Shown here: in pieces, positions 14,012-30,119 of the stretch | Layout: each line of letters opens with the position of its first letter | Numbering within the stretch: position 1 is the stretch's first letter | Source of the DNA: the human T2T-CHM13v2.0 reference genome, Homo sapiens | Direction of reading: 5' to 3' | NCBI GenBank assembly: GCA_009914755.4 | Contig: CP068257.2 | Span: 18,944,001-19,008,000 of the forward strand | Length of the DNA: 64,000 bases | The notes under the pieces: model-generated | Told to the model about the DNA's origin: nothing | The model's database searches: none | Seen by the model: only the letters and a program-made list of their open reading frames with translations | Program-made: the position numbers and the translations under genes

Positions 14012-17000
14012 CCGAATTTCTTCTGCTGTTAAGACATAGCATGAAGGTCAGAATGATCTTCTTGCACCTGCTGTTTTTCATGTGCTTTTAATTTACTGTT
14101 TATGCCAGGGTGGTACATTTTTAACTCCTTCAAAAGCCAGTCCCCTTAAGCAGAGCTTTTCCTGGAGACTCTCACTGCCTCTACAGTGTACGGAATTTTT
14201 AGAAGTACATTAAAATAATGCTAAGTACTTTCTTATTATGCAGAAGCAAATTGAATTTAAAAACTAATCTCAGATGAGTGTTAGCCATGTGTTTTGTTTT
14301 GTTTTAGCCTACTTAGTGAGATGTTTTAAAATCTGTGCATTATTTGATCATTTTTTCTGCTTTTGCTGTTGCGTAGTGCATTTTTGAGGGATATTTAATA
14401 TTACCTGTTACTACTCACTAAATGTCAGTAGTACTATACCAATCATTGTGACTATCACAATGCTGTAGCAAATTTATAATGTATACACTTTTATAAGAAT
14501 GTGGCCATAGCATATATATATTCTATAATTAGAGTGTTTATGACCATAATATATCTTTGACAAAATTTAATCTCAGTTTGCGAAGATCTACCTCATTTTT
14601 AACTGCTATTTAGTTTCAATATTATGTATGTATTTTATTTTTCTATTCCAAAACTAATATTAGGTTGCCCTCTGTTAAAATTTTCCAGGTGGATTCGATT
14701 CCAAAGGCTCCTATTTAAAAACCTTTAAAAGTAATTTCTTTCAGATTAATTCATTATCACCATAGTTAGACCAAACAAAAATTATTTTAAAATATGTCAT
14801 GCCTTTTAGCTTAAATTTTACTTTTCACAAACATGATTTCTTTTGATTTTCCCAACCTACTAAGATTCTATTATCATATGTTGTAGAGGAAAAAATGAGG
14901 ATCAAAAGGGCTAAGCAATTTTGAAATGATTGAACAACATTAAGAGTCAGAGGGAAATTTAATAGCAGGTGGTTATGGCTCTTCTTTTCCACTCTAAGGC
15001 AGGGCCACTCTCCTATGTCTGATCTAACCACTTCACACTTCTACCAATAGTCTTGAATTCTGGTCTTTTAAAATATTTCTTCCTTCATCCAGCTTTCCTG
15101 AGTAGGATCTAGTGTGTAAATTGAAATGTCCCTTCCAAAGAAAGCCTATAAGCAATGAAATTGTTTAGAAATTGGGGAAATGTCTGTTACCTTGCCTACA
15201 AGATCCTATTCCATTTATCGATTGCAATTGCCTCGATCAAAGCTGAAGGGCACATGAAATTCACTATGAAGCCTGCAAACTGCAGAACTTGTGGCATTTA
15301 TTTCTTTAGTTTGTTTCAGTACAAAACCTTGAAATTTGCCCTTGTATTCTGAACAGATTTTTAACAAGCATTATTGCTATTGTGTGTTTAATATCAAAGA
15401 ATAAACAAAGACAATTCCCTTGAAAAAATTATGCTAATTGATTGAAAAGCATCAAAAACATTTACAATTCTTTTAATGAGTAGATAATTCTGCATTGATT
15501 TTTTTGAAACACAAGCATTTTCTGGCATAGAAATATGCCAGATCTCTATTGGTTATATTTTGCTTATATTTTTCTCTAAGTCAATATTATGAATGCTATG
15601 TTTCTATTGCTACACATACATTATTTTACCTCTAGTTGACAATGAAAAACAGCAGACTAGCCAATTATATAAAAGGATCATAAGAGAAAATATATTTTCA
15701 TTTTCTGGAAATTGTATTTCTCCCAAATCTCATCTTCATAGAGTCTACAAATTCATTTTCCTTAGATTAAAATTGCTTCCAGACAAAAAATCCAGAATGA
15801 TAATTGGAGTATTATCTTCCTAGTTGGAAGTCAAAAATAGATACTTTTTTTTCTTCTGTTTAGGTAATAATAGTTCTCATCCAAAATAGGAATCTGGCAA
15901 AGAAAATGAAGGAGGGAGAGAGAGTCGCATGGTTTGACTTTGATTTTTTTCCATGTAATAATCAGGAGATAATTCTGATCGCATGCATCATCTGGTGCGA
16001 GAATAACGCCCATTCAATTGAGCCTTTTCATCTCTAAAGGCCATTTTATCCTCAACTTTATAGTCACCTTTCTTGACTACAGTCGCAATAGTTAACTCTG
16101 TAAGTTTGAAGATATTATGGGAAGTTGAGGGATCTAAAGAGCATGTGAATAGGCTGACACTGTATCAGGGAAAATAAAACAAAACAAAAACAAAATAGCC
16201 TGTCATTTATGGAAGAACATTTTGGGCTCTTTAATGTGAGTTAAGAAGAACATATTTTACCTCTTATAATAGGATGTTATTAATGGTCGAAAATATGCTA
16301 CTAAAATAGAATCAAGCTGGAGAAACCCACCCCCAACTATAAGAAATGTGGCTTGGAAATATAAAAGGACTCACACTGAAGAATAGTCCTAAGAATGTTA
16401 GATATGTGGTAATGTCTTCAGTGGTTCCAGCTCTGTTTGATGACATAAAATAATCCATTCTGGAGAAAAACTTTATGAATTTTTGGGATGTGGGAATGCT
16501 TCATTTTCTCACATCCATTCAAAGACACATGATAATGCATATTAGAGATGGACCTTGAAAATATAAGAATGCACACCTAACTGAAACCCAAGTAGTATGG
16601 AAGTACTGAAAAGCTCTCCATTTCAACAATTATTTTAAAAGTCACATGAAAACTACTAGAATGAAATTCTACAAATGTAAGTAATATGGAAATCCTGAAA
16701 CAAATTAATTATTGTATAGTGCTTGAGAAAATTCAAAACATGAAAGAAATAGTATATGAGTTACACATATATTGTGTTTATCAGTGGTTCATTATGAAAG
16801 AGGGTCTCTGCGCTACAATTTTCACTGCTTTTGCAAGGGAACATTGAGGTGAGAATTGCTCAGATACTTCGTAATCAACAGTATGAGTTTAACGGGCAGT
16901 GGTTTTTTTTAAGCCAGTTAAAGTATTTTTCTATCCATTTTAAAGTGTGTTGAATCTTAGAGTGAACTAAAATGTATTCCTAATATATAGGTAGGTTTAA

Positions 17001-18172
17001 TTTTTATATAGTTGTTTAATTCTTCTGTGATTAATAGGCCATTGAAAAATGAGTATTTGATTATTGTTGAGATTTTTCTTATTCACCTTATCTGGAAGGT
17101 TCTGAATATCCTCACCCATTTTATATATTCCACCTTTTATTCATATGGGAAAAACTTCTCTTTTTTGGTGTAAAAATATTTATCTTATTTTCTTGCTAAT
17201 AAAGAGTTGGGGTTAATCTGTAAGGATGTAAAGTTTATTATGGAGTATAGTCTCATGTGAAATATTATTTTCATATATTGCCCTTTACTGTTTGTCATTA
17301 TTTCTGCTTGTTATTTGGATATTTCACTTGAATTAAAGAGAGCACTGTGATAGAACAATATATTGTGTCTAATCTGAGAGAGAAAACCTCCAGTCTCACC
17401 CTCAAGTATAATGTTAGATCTGGGTTTTTAATAACTGCCTTAATGAAGGTTGAAAAAAAGAAAATACTGTAACATGTTTATTCATTTAGATATTTAGAAA
17501 GTTATAAATATTTTATACATTCTTGAGATAATTCTTTAGAAAACAAGAAATTTCTTGTTGCATATAATGTGTATGCAACACATTAGATCAGTAATATAAC
17601 AAGCTATGTGGAAGAATAACAGCAGTAAAAGGCAATTATATATTAATACATTTAAACAATAAGAATTATCGATTACATTATTAAAAATCAAAGAAGATTG
17701 ATGACTGACAGGCCTGTTAATATGTGTTGCATGGTAATTGTTTGGGTGTCTGTGTGCATATGTGTACACATATACACAAATACATATATATGTATAGTTA
17801 TATATTATTTATAAAACCATCAAATCATCAATTTTAACATAAATTTACATCATAATGTTTTATATAATCTCTAATTATAACTTGCATATTCTTTTATCAA
17901 CTTATTTTCTATATAAAAATTTCTAAGGTCCTCAAGCTGCCATTATATTCCTCAGGACAAAGGGCGTTTTAGTCTTTACATTTTAAAGTAATTTATAATA
18001 ATGTGAGATGATGGATATGTTAATTTGCTTGATGCAGTAACCACTTTACTATTTATATGTAGCAAAACGTCATATTGTACATTTTAAATACATACAATAA
18101 AAATGAGTAGACTAATTTATGATTTATGTTATTACTTAGTCTTTAAAAATTTCATGAACAATTATTTGGTTA

Positions 18173-18590
<418 letters not shown>

Positions 18591-18995
18591 ATAGATTTTA
18601 CAACAAATCTATTTCAAATTATGTAGTATTACTTACACGTTAAATGTATTGTGCATGGAAGTCAATGCTTTAAAGATTTTAAAATATTTTAAATATGATT
18701 GTTTTAGTTAAATAGAATTTGACTATGTTAAGTAATTTGTCCAAATGATTGTATATTTTGGATTAAAAATAAGTTTGCAACAAACTTTTATTTCAAAATA
18801 CTAACATCTGTGTTTATCTAAATCAAAAACGTGATAAAGTTCTATTTCAAAAAATAAAATAAAAATTTCAGAATACATAAAGTAGAAATTAAAAGAATTT
18901 CTTAATTTTAACTTTCTGTATACTTGCTATTAGTTTATAATATATAGACTATCTTAAGTTAAACATTGGCATTTGTAATAACAGGTGCTGTACAT

Positions 18996-19061
18996 ATGTG
19001 TGTGTGTGTGTGTGTGTGTACATATGTCTCTGTGTCTCTGTGTATATGTATGTGTGTGTGT
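18996..19061. repeat. (GT)n / (GTCTCT)-containing microsatellite
   Basis: gtgtgtgtgtgtgtgtgtgtacatatgtctctgtgtctctgtgtatatgtatgtgtgtgtg. Confidence 0.9.
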
Positions 19062-19077
19062 TAGAATTAAAAAAGGA

Positions 19078-19200
19078 ATCAAGAAGCTGAGGTGGGAGAG
19101 TAGCTTGAGCCCAGGAGTTTGAGGCTACAGTTACATGCTCACACTCCTGCACTCCAGCCTGGGCAACAGAGTGAGACCAAGTCTCAAAAAAATAAAAATA
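19078..19200 (+). mobile_element. Alu right-monomer fragment (FRAM-like)
   Basis: aagctgaggtgggagagtagcttgagcccaggagtttgaggctacagt...cactcctgcactccagcctgggcaacagagtgagaccaagtctcaaaaaaataaaaa. Confidence 0.7.
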
Positions 19201-20339
19201 GAAAAAGGAATCATTGCATGTGAGAATACATGAAACTCTTTTTGTGTTCATTAGCTACAGAATGTTTTATTGTTTGTAGTCCCATAAAGTGAAATAAGTT
19301 AATTAGTCTGCAAAAACTCTACAGTATTAACAAAAAATACATAATTTAAAAACAAATGGACAAAGAGAAAATGTGTAAGGGCCAGTAAAGCAGAGCATAG
19401 TTGTTAAAGGACTTGTTAACATATTATAATAGGCTGTTAGATAAACTACAGCAAACATTCTTTTGAAGTCACTACTATGCTCAAAATCATTAAAAGAGCA
19501 TCCTATGGGCCTTAGAAAAAAACAATATGTAAAAAGCTGAGACTGATCAGGCTGCTCCCAGAACATATAAACTTATCATTCATAGGGTGTGGAGAGAAAA
19601 TGTTAATGCCAGAGTGAAACAAAGGCAGTGAGTCCATGAAATATTCCAAAGCTCCAAAATGGAGCTAAACCTGAAAGGACTTCTTTAAGTCAAGATCCAA
19701 TAAGAGGGAATGCTCAATTGCTTATATGACATTGACGTTATTTCTTTCTCACATGGCAGTCCATAGGTGATTGCTCCAATATTGGTAGAGTTTCTCCTCT
19801 GTGGAATTATCCAGGACCATAAAATGGCAGATTGGTGTTAGTCATACTAAGCTTATGGCTTCCATCACTAGGTCTACAGTTTAATATTATAGAAGCCATT
19901 TCTGTCCATATGATCGGTAAAGACGGCAAAAAAGGTTATCAGTTGACATGTACTTTTGAATAAATTCAGGGTATTTGAATTGGCAATATGTACGAATATT
20001 TGACACATGCATACATCTTTGGTACAATGATTCTACTTCTAAGAATTTTATTTATAGAGGAATTATATAGATGTGTACAAATATGTGAACAGTAATGTAG
20101 CATAGCATTGATTATATGATTAAACTATGTAATCTCTATTTTTTAAAAAATTTATGTGTTACTGGTGATTTAAAGTAGCCTTGTTTTTCAGACCTTAGTT
20201 AATAAACATAAAAGAATAAGGAGAGATTTCTGAAATGTAATTTTAAGAAGAAAATATTTTTAAATGTTTAAAAGTGGAAGAATTTATTTTATCTTCCTTT
20301 CCGGATGTTAAAAAGCCAGAATCCCCCAAATTAAATGCA

Positions 20340-20440
20340 TAATATTGCATATTATATATTTATGTAATTTGATTGTATTTGCATATATATACACATATGT
20401 GTATAAATATATATATATACACATATGTATATAACTAAAT
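20340..20440. repeat. (TA)/(CA) low-complexity tract
   Basis: atatatacacatatgtgtataaatatatatatatacacatatgtatata. Confidence 0.8.
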
Positions 20441-21820
20441 GAAATTACTAGAAATATGAACTAATGAAAATAATAGATAGTGTTAGAGAAAGGACATGGG
20501 CTTGGAGAAACATTTATCTCAATTTGAATCCCACCTCTACTATCTGTGAGATTTTCAACAAATTATTGATTTTCCCTCATTTTCAATTTCATTACTTGAA
20601 GAATCAGTCCAACGAAGACTTTATTTGTGTAACCATGGATACTAGATGAGGCAGTGTTTGTAAAGTACTCAGTACAATGCTAAGAAGTAAGTGCTCAACA
20701 ATGTTAGTTTTATTGCTGTTTTTGTTGTTTTCATTATTGTTACTGACATACATATTTATTAAAGCTATCTCTGAAATCATCTGTGTCAATAATTGTACAC
20801 ATACCGTTTTTAAAGAGGTTAACCAGGCTCTGCTACAATATTTCCAGGGACAGGGACAACATTATATTTTAAGAGATCCCACAACCTGTAAGTATTATAA
20901 TTGTACATAACTGTTGCTATACAAAATATACCCCAGTATATGTTAGTAAAATGTATAACTTTAATATTTTAAATATATATCCAAAATTCTTGTGTTTTCC
21001 TAAAAATATATGAGTAAGTAATTCATACATTTAAGGTATTTTATTATTTAGAATAAAATCAAAAGTAACTATAAAGGATAACTAGCATATAATCAATTAG
21101 ATGAGACAAAATGCAGTTATGGATTTCCTTTGAAAGCCAATTTTTTTTAAAAAAAACATATATTGAAGATGGAAGGCTTATACCTTGCAAAACAAGGCTT
21201 ATATCTTAAGCCATTCTTGAAAAATAATGTTTAATATTTAGGAAAATGGCAGACTTGTACCCTTCCATATTTCTATTATAATAGACTTATTTTGAAAATT
21301 AGATTTTGCTTATTAGCATGTTAAATTTCATTTTGCTGGGAGAGGGAGATTAATGAGCTTAAAGCAATAATTGCCTAGGCACCTGTAAGAAAGCACTCAT
21401 ATAGAGGAAGCCTTTGATTTTAGTTTTCTTAAATACAGATCTCTTAGATTGCTTTCTTTTTGCACATAGCTAGAATGTAATTAAAATAGATAATTAGAGA
21501 AAGTAATTACTGAGTACTTCTTTCATCCTTGTGCATTCATTAAGGATTATATATAAATCTAAATTAGCCCGAAATGTACAGTAGTTGACAGTTTGAAAAC
21601 TATCTTGAAGTATAACATTAAGAACAGTCATTTTTTCTCATAAATGTGTGTGTTTAACTTGGAACCATGCACAGTTCTATTAATTTGTATAACTGGGGTT
21701 TTAAAATGATGCAAAGTAGTGAATGATGGACTAGCAGAAAAATCTAAATTTCTATTTTATATTTATTTTAAATAAAAAGAAAGAGATTTATTTTCCTTAT
21801 TCTATTTTACTTGTTTATAA

Positions 21821-22173
<353 letters not shown>

Positions 22174-25100
22174 GCTGAGTCATTATTATTTTTATTATTT
22201 CTATAAGATAAACTCTATGCAAATTGATAGCTTTTCCAACTTAATTGTCCTGTTCAGAATATGAGCTAAGGTCAATTTTTCTTATTATTAAAAACAAAGC
22301 ACCAAACAATGTGAATTGTTACTGCATTATAGTCATTGGTGTCTCCTACTGGAAGTAAACTCCAAATATGTTAATTGTATAGAATTCCAACCCAAATAAA
22401 GAATCATAGAAGAATCCCTAGTGTTACTAGATATTAACATTTGCAATCTTGAGTAAATTAGATTATGATGTGAATTGAATGAATTTACAGGCAAACCTTG
22501 TTATATTGCACTTCCTTTTACTGCACTTTGCAGATACAGTCTTTTTTTAACAAATTGAAGATTTGTGGCAACCCTGCATCCAGCAAGTCTATTAGCAACA
22601 TTTTTTCAACAGCATATGCTCACATCATGTGTCTGTGTCACAATTTGGTAATTCTCACAATATTTCAAACTTAATATTGATTATTATTAAATCTATTTTG
22701 GTGATCTGTGACCAGTGATCTTTGATGTTGCTATTATAATCGTTTTGGGGAATCCCAAACCAAACTTATAAAAGACAGCAAACTTAATTGATAGCGGGAG
22801 TGTGCGTTCTGACTGCTCTACTGACCACCGTTTCGCTTGTCTTCTCACCTTCTCTTAGGGTCTCTCTGTTCCTTGAGACAAAACAATATTGAAATTTGGC
22901 CAATTAATAACCATACTGGGGCCTCTAAGTGTCCAAGTGAAAGGAAAAGCTGCATATCTCACCTTTTAAATCAAAAGCTAGAAATGATTAAGTTTAGGTA
23001 GGAAGACATGTCAAAAACCAAGAAAGGCCCAAATTAGGCCTCTCGCACCAGTTAGCCAAGTTAGAAAAGCAAAGAAAAAGTTCTTAAAGGAAATTAAAAA
23101 GTACTACTTCCGTGAATACATAAAGAATAAGCAAAACAGCTTTATTGCTGATATAAAGAAAGTTCAAGTGATCTGGGTAGATGATCAAACCACAATATTC
23201 CCTTCAGACAAAACCTAATTGAGGGCCAGTATTAACTCTATTGAATTCTAGGAAAGTCAAGAAAGGTAAGGAAGCTACAAAAGAAAATTTGAAGCTAAGA
23301 GAAATTAGTTCATGAGGTTTAAGGAAAGAAGCTGTTTTTATAACATAAATGTTCAAGATGTAATAGCAAGTGCTGATGTAGAAGTTGCAGCCAGTTTTCC
23401 ACAAGATCTAGCTAAGAAAATCAATGAGGGGGGCTACACTAAACAACAGATTTTCAATGTACATAAAGCAGCTTTCTATTAGAAGAATAGACCACCTAGG
23501 AGTTTTAGAGCTAGAGAGGAATCAATGCCTGACTTCAAAGCTTCAAAAAATAGGCGGCAAGATGGTGGAATAGTAAGCCACCAAGGGCTACAGCTCTCTG
23601 TGACTCCAAGTGAAGTTGAAAAGCATTCTAGGCCATAAGAACTGCAACTCTTAGGTGAGTCCTACGGCTGAACTAGGCCCAGAGAAGGGTAACTAGGGAG
23701 TCACATGACGTACTGAGATAGAAGCTGGGGTAGCCAAAGGAGTTCCGGCAAGGGAGTTCCCCTAACCTCAGGCTGCACACCTCAGAGCTCCAAAAGCGAC
23801 TCTTCCCTTCTGCATGAGGGGAGCAAAGGGAAGAGCAGATAGGACTTTGTTTTGCATTTTGGATACCAGTTCAGCCACAGAAGAACTCTGGACACCAGCC
23901 AGAGTTGTGAGGTCCCTGTTCCAAGCCCTAGCTCCCAGATGACATTTCTAGACATACCCTGGGCCAAAGAGAATCTGCTGCCTTGAAGAAAAGAACCCAG
24001 TCCTGGCACCATTCATCACTTGCTAGTTAAAGAGTCCTTGGACCCTGAATAACCAGCAGTGATACCCAAGTCCTACATCAAGGGCCTTTGTGAGCCTCTG
24101 AAACTTGCTGGCTTAAGGTGAGACTCAGCATTCTACCATCTGTGGTGGCTACAGGGCAAAACTCCTTCGGCTTGAGAAAAGCAGAGCAAAAATTAAAGGG
24201 GACTTTATCTTTCACCTTTAGGTATCAGCATGCCCACAGCAGGGTGGAGCACCAAGCAGCGTGTTGGAATCCCTGATTCTAGGACTAAAGTCTTAGATGG
24301 CATTTCTGGACCTGCCCTGGGCCAGACGGGAGCCCACTTCCCAGAAGGTGAGTCCCAGGCCAGGCAGCATTCAGGACAAGCTAACTTAAGAGACCTTGGG
24401 CCTTAAGGAAATATTGGCAGTATTCTGGAAGTACTCTTTGTGACCTGGGGTGGTGGTGACTCTGGGGTGAGGCTCCCCTGCCATTGGAAAAAAACAGGGA
24501 AGAGTGGGAAGGACTGCATCTTGTGGTTGGAGTACCAGCTCAGCTGCAATACAATAGAATACCAGGTAGACTTCTACAATTTTTGACTCTAGTCCCTGAC
24601 TACTGGACTGTACTTCTGGACTCACCCAGGACCTGGTGGACCTCGCCATCCTGAAGGGAATGACACGAGCCTTGCTGCCTTTAATATCTACTGATAGTCG
24701 AGTCTCAGGGCCTTGAGCTAACATAGGTGGTGGCCTGGGAGTGGTTACAGCAGGCCTTGGGCAAGACTTAGTGCTGTGTTGGCTTCAGATCAGACTCAGC
24801 ACAGTTATAGTGATGGTGGCCACAGGGGTGCTTGTGTCACTCCATCCCCAGCTTTAGGTAACTCAGAACAGTGAGAGAGAGAGAGAGAGAGAGATTCTGT
24901 GTGTTTGGGAGGTTGTAAGGGAAGAGAACAATAGTCTTTGCCTGATAATCCAGAGAATTCTCCCAGATCTTGTCCAAGACCTTCTAAGGTGGTATGGTAC
25001 CTCTACAAGTCTGCAAGAACCACAGTATTACTGGGCTTTGGGTACCCTCTAAAGCAGATGGAGTTTAGATCACAACACCCAAGTCATTTCAAATACCCAG

Positions 25101-25319
25101 AGAGACTTCCCAAGAAGGACAGCTACAGATAAGCCTGGACATTGATGACTACAATAAATACCCAACTCTTCAATGCCCAGACACCAAAGAACATCTACCA
25201 GCAATGACACCATCCAGGAAAACATGGCCTCAACAAATGAACTAAATAAGGCATTAGGGACCAATCCTTGAGAAACAGAAATAAGTGACATTTCCCATAG
25301 ATAATTCAAAATAGCTGTT

Positions 25320-25990
25320 TTGAGGAAACTCAAAGAAATGTATGATAATACAGGAAAGGAATTCAGAATCCTATCAGATAATTTTAATAAACAGATTGAA
25401 ATAATTAAATATAATCAAGCAGAAATTCTAAAGCTGAAAAATGCAATTTGCATACTAGAAAAAGAATTAGAGTCCTTGAATAGAAGAATTGATCAAGCAA
25501 AAGAAAGAATTAGTGAACTTGAAGATAGGTTATTTGAAAATACACAGTCGAAGAGACCAAAAGAAAAAGAATAAAAAGCAATGAAGCATGACTACAGCAT
25601 GTAGAAAATAGCTTCAAAAGGGCAGATCTGCAACTTATTGGCCTTAAAGAGGAGGTAGAGAAAGAGATAGGAGTAGAAAGTTCATTCAAAGGGATAATAA
25701 CAGAGAACTTCCCAAATCTAGAGTAAGATATCAATATCAAAGTACAAGAACACTATAGAATACCAAGCAGATTTAGCTTGAAAAAGCATACCTCCAGGCA
25801 CTTAATAATCAAACTCCGAATGTTCAAAGATAAAGAAAGGATCCTAAAAGCAGCAAGAGAAAAGAAACAAACAATATTTAATGGAGCTCCAACATATCTG
25901 GTGGTTGACTTGTCAGTGGAAACTTTACAGGTCAGGAGAGAGTGGTATAACATGTATAAAGTGCTGAAGAAAAATAACATTTATTAGAAG
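25320..25990 (+). pseudogene. L1 ORF1 (ORF1p) remnant with stops/frameshifts, inside the nested L1
   Basis: Track ORFs 25320..25574 and 25778..25987 translate to ORF1p-like sequence (...EDRLFENTQ...; ...HLIIKLRMFKDKERILKAAREKKQTIFNGAPT...). Confidence 0.8.
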
Positions 25991-26589
25991 AGTATATCTG
26001 GTGAAAATATATTTCAAACATGAAGAAGAAATAAAGACTTCCCCAGACAGGTAAAAGCTGAGGGATTTCATTAATACCAGACCTTTTCAACAAGAAATGT
26101 TGAAAGAAAGAAAAGAACATTAGTGAGCAATAAATAATCACCTGAAGGTACAAAACTCACAATAATAGTAAGGTAGAAAACTCACTGGAAATAGAATATT
26201 ATAACACCGTAACTGTGGTGTGCAAACTACCCTTATTCTAAGTAGAAAGACTAAAGGATGAACCAATCTAAAATAATAACTACAACAACTTTGCAAAACA
26301 CATTCAGTACAAACAATATAAATAGAAACAACAAAAAGTTAAAAAGTGGGGGGATGAAGTTAAGGTATATTATTTTTATTAGTTTTCTTTTTTCTTATTT
26401 GTTTATGCAAATGATGCTGTTATCAGGTTAAAATAATTTGTTATAATATAGTATTTGCAAGACTCCTAGTAACCTCAAACCAAAAAACATACAGTGGACA
26501 CACAAAAAATATTATATCACCAGAGAAAATCACCTTCACTAGAGAAAGATAGGAAGGAAATAAGGAAGAAAAAAAATAAAGAAAACAGA

Positions 26590-28650
26590 AAACAAATAAC
26601 AAAATGGCAGGGGTAAGTCCTTACTTAATGTAAAAATGTAAATGAACTAAACTCTTCAATCAAAAGAATAGACTGGATGAATGGATGAGATAAATAAGAC
26701 CCATTGATCTGTTGCCTACAAGAAGCACACTTCACCTATAAAAACACAAATAGAGTGAAAATAAAGAGATAGAAAAAGATATTTCATGCCAATGGAAACC
26801 AAAAAAGAGCAGGAGTCACTTTGCTTATATCAGTCAAAATAGACTTCAAAACAAAAACTATAAGAAGAGACAAAGAAATTCACTATATAATGATAAAGGA
26901 GTCAATCCAGCAAGAGGATGTAACAATCTTAAATATATATGCACTCAGCACTGGAGGACTCAGATATATAAAGGAAATATTATTAGAGCTAAAGAGATAG
27001 ATAGGCCCCAATACAATAATAACCAGATACTTCAACACCCCACTTTCAGCATTGGACAGATCTTCCAGACAGAAAATAAACAAAGAAACATCAGACTTAA
27101 TTGGCTCTATAGACCAAATGGATCTAATGGATATTTACAGAATAGTTTCACCTAATAGCTGCAGAATACACATTCTTTTCTTTAGCACATGGATTATTCT
27201 GAAGGATAGACCATATTTTAGGTCACAAAACAAGTCTAAAAACATTCCAAAAAATTGCAATCATATCAAGCGTCTTCTATGACCACAGTGGAATAAAACT
27301 AGAAATAAATAACATGAGGAATTTTGGAAACTATACAAATATATCAAAGTTAAACAACATCCTCCTGAATCACCAGTGGGAAAATGAAGCAATAAAGAAG
27401 AGATTTGAAAACATTTTTGAAACAAATGATAATGGAAACACAACTTACCATACCTATGGGATACAGAAAAAGCAGTACTAAGAGAGAAGTTTGTAGCTAT
27501 AAGTGCCCACATCAAAAAAGAGAAAAAAACTTCAAACGAACAATCTAATGGTGCATCTTAGAAATTAGAAAAGCAAGGACAAACCAAACTCAAAATTAGT
27601 AGAAAAAAATGCGTAGTAAAGATCAGAGCAGAAAAAAATGAAATTGAAATTAAAAAAAAAACAGTGAAAAAAAATTTGTTTTTTTGAAAAGTTAAACAAA
27701 ATTGACAAACTTCAGCCAGATTGAGAAAAAAAAGAGAGAAAATCCAAATAAACAAAATCAGAAATTTAAAAAGAGACATTAAACTGATATTGCAGAAATT
27801 CCAAAGATCATTAGTGGCTACTTTGAGCAACTATATGCCAATAACTTAAAAAATCTAGAAGAAGTGGACAAATTCCTAGACATATACAACCTGCCTAGAT
27901 TGAATCAGGAAGAAATTCAAAACCTGGTTAGACCAATAACAAGTAACAGGATCAAAGTTGTAATAAAAATGGACAAATGGGATAACATCAAGCTAAAAAA
28001 TCTTCTGTAAAGAAAAAGATAATCAACAGAGTGAAGAGACAACTCACAGAATGGGAGAAAATATTTACAAACTACCCACTTGACAAGAGATTAATAAGCA
28101 GAATATATAAGGAGCTCAAACAACTCTATGTGAAAAAATCTAATAATCCAATCAAAAGATGAGCAAAAAATATGTATAGACTTTTCTCAAAAGAAGACAA
28201 ACGAATGGCAACCAGGCATATGGAAACGTGTTCAACATCATTGATCATCATAGAAATGCAAAGTAAAACTATAATGAGATATCATCTCATCCCAATTAAA
28301 ATGATTTATATACAAAAGACAGGCAATAAAAAATGCTGGAGAGGGTATGGAGAAAAGGGAACCTTTGTACATTGATGGTGGGAATGTACATTAGTACAAC
28401 AACCATGGAGAACAGTTCAGAGGTTCTTATAAAACTTAAAATTAAGCTGTCATATGATCCAGTAATCTCACCACTGGACATATATCCGAAAGAATGGAAA
28501 TCAGCATATTTGAGAGATAGCTGCACTCCTATGTTTGTTGTAGCACTGTTTACAATAGCTAAGATCTGGAAGCAACCTAAGTGTCCATCAACAGACAAGT
28601 GGATAAAGAAAATGTGGTACATATACACGATGAAGTACTATTCAGTCATA
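26590..28650 (+). pseudogene. L1 ORF2 remnant (EN domain plus C-terminal end; RT domain mostly deleted)
   Basis: EN-domain and C-terminal ORF2 motifs readable in translation. The ~2 kb between them is missing relative to a full ORF2. Confidence 0.75.
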
Positions 28651-30119
28651 TAAAAGAATGAGATCCAGCCATTTTCAACAACATGGATGGAACTGGGCAT
28701 CATTATGTTAAGGTCATCCAAACTGGAAATTAAGAAGTCAAATTATCCTTGTTTGCTGATGATATGATCTTATATTTGGAAAAATCTAAAGACTTCCCAG
28801 GAAAACTGTTAGAACTGATCAACTGATTACAGATTTATTTCACAAACGTAATGATCTCCAGTTCCATCCATGTTGTTACAAATGACTGGATCTTACATGA
28901 TAAACATCACATGTTCTCACTTATTTGTGGGATTTAAAAATCAAAACAATTGAACTCATGGACACCAAGTAGAAGGATGGTTACCAGTGGCTGGGAAAGG
29001 TAATGGAGGGTTGGGGGGAGGTGGGCATGATTAATGAGTACAAAATCAGTTACAAAGAATGAATAAGACCTACTTTTAATAGCACAAGAGGGTGACTATA
29101 CTCAATAATCACTTAACTGTACATTTTAAAATAACTTGAATAGTGTAACTAGATTGTTTCTAACTCAAAGGATAAATCCTGGAAGGGATGGAAACCCCAC
29201 TTTCCATGATGTGTTTATGTCACATTGTATGCTTGTATCAAAACAACTCATGTACCCCATAAATATATACACCTACTATGTACTCAAAAACATTAAAATA
29301 AAAACTAATAAAAAAAGCTTCAAAAAACAGGCTGACTTTCTTGGTAGGGGCAAATGCAGCTGATGGCTTTAAATTGAAGCCTATGCTCATTTACCATTCT
29401 GAAGTATTTAGGGCCCTTGAGAATTATGCCAAATCTACGCTGCCTATCCTGTAGAAATGGAACAACAAAGCCTGAATGACAGCACGTCTGTTTATAGCCT
29501 GGTTTCCTGAGTATGTTGAGTCCACAGCTGAGACTTAAGCAGCTGAGACTGCTTAGAAAAAAAAAATTATTTCATAATATTACCTCTCATTGACCATGTA
29601 TCAGGTCACCCAAGAGCTCTGATGGAGACGTACAAGGGGATTAATGATGTTTTCATGCCTATTAACACAACATCCATTCTGCAGCCCATGGATCAAAAAG
29701 ACATTTTATATTCGATTATTCTTGTTTAAGAAATACATTTTGTAAGATTATAGCTGCCACAGATACTGATTCCTCTGATGGATCTGGGAAAAGTAAATTG
29801 AAAACCTCCTGGACAGAATTTATCATTGTAGATGCCTTTAATTGTAATTATGTAATTACAATTGTAATTACATTTGTAATTCATGGGAGGAAGTCAAAAT
29901 ATCTACATTAACAGGCATTTGGAAGAAGTTGACTCCAGCCTTCGCTGATGACTTTGAGGGATCAGGACTTCAAGGGAAGACAAAACTACATATGTGGCAG
30001 AAATAGCAAGTTAGTTAGAATCAGAGGTGAAGCCTAAAGATGTGACTGAATTGCTTAAATCTAATGATAACCTTGAATGAATGAGAAGTTCTTTTTATAG
30101 ATGATCAAAGAAAGTTGCT

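Larger units (their letters stand above)
23551..29317 (+). mobile_element. Older primate L1 (L1PB/L1MA-like), near full length, with a large internal ORF2 deletion and 3' rearrangement, nested in Tigger1
   Basis: 5' UTR starts ggcggcaagatggtggaatag. ORF1 remnant around 25320-25990 (...ISELEDRLFENTQ..., ...HLIIKLRMFKDKERILKAAREKKQTIFNGAPT...RREW...). ORF2 EN domain at 26640-27280 (...HYIMIKESIQQEDVTILNIYALSTGGLRYIKEILLELKR...DLMDIYRIVSPNSCRIHILF...). It then jumps from about ORF2 aa 350 to about aa 1020 near 27960. ORF2 C-terminus at 28440-28650, a ~170-bp duplicated internal piece at 28719-28888, and an A-rich tail. TSD aagcttcaaaaaa at 23538-23550 and 29316-29328. Confidence 0.85.
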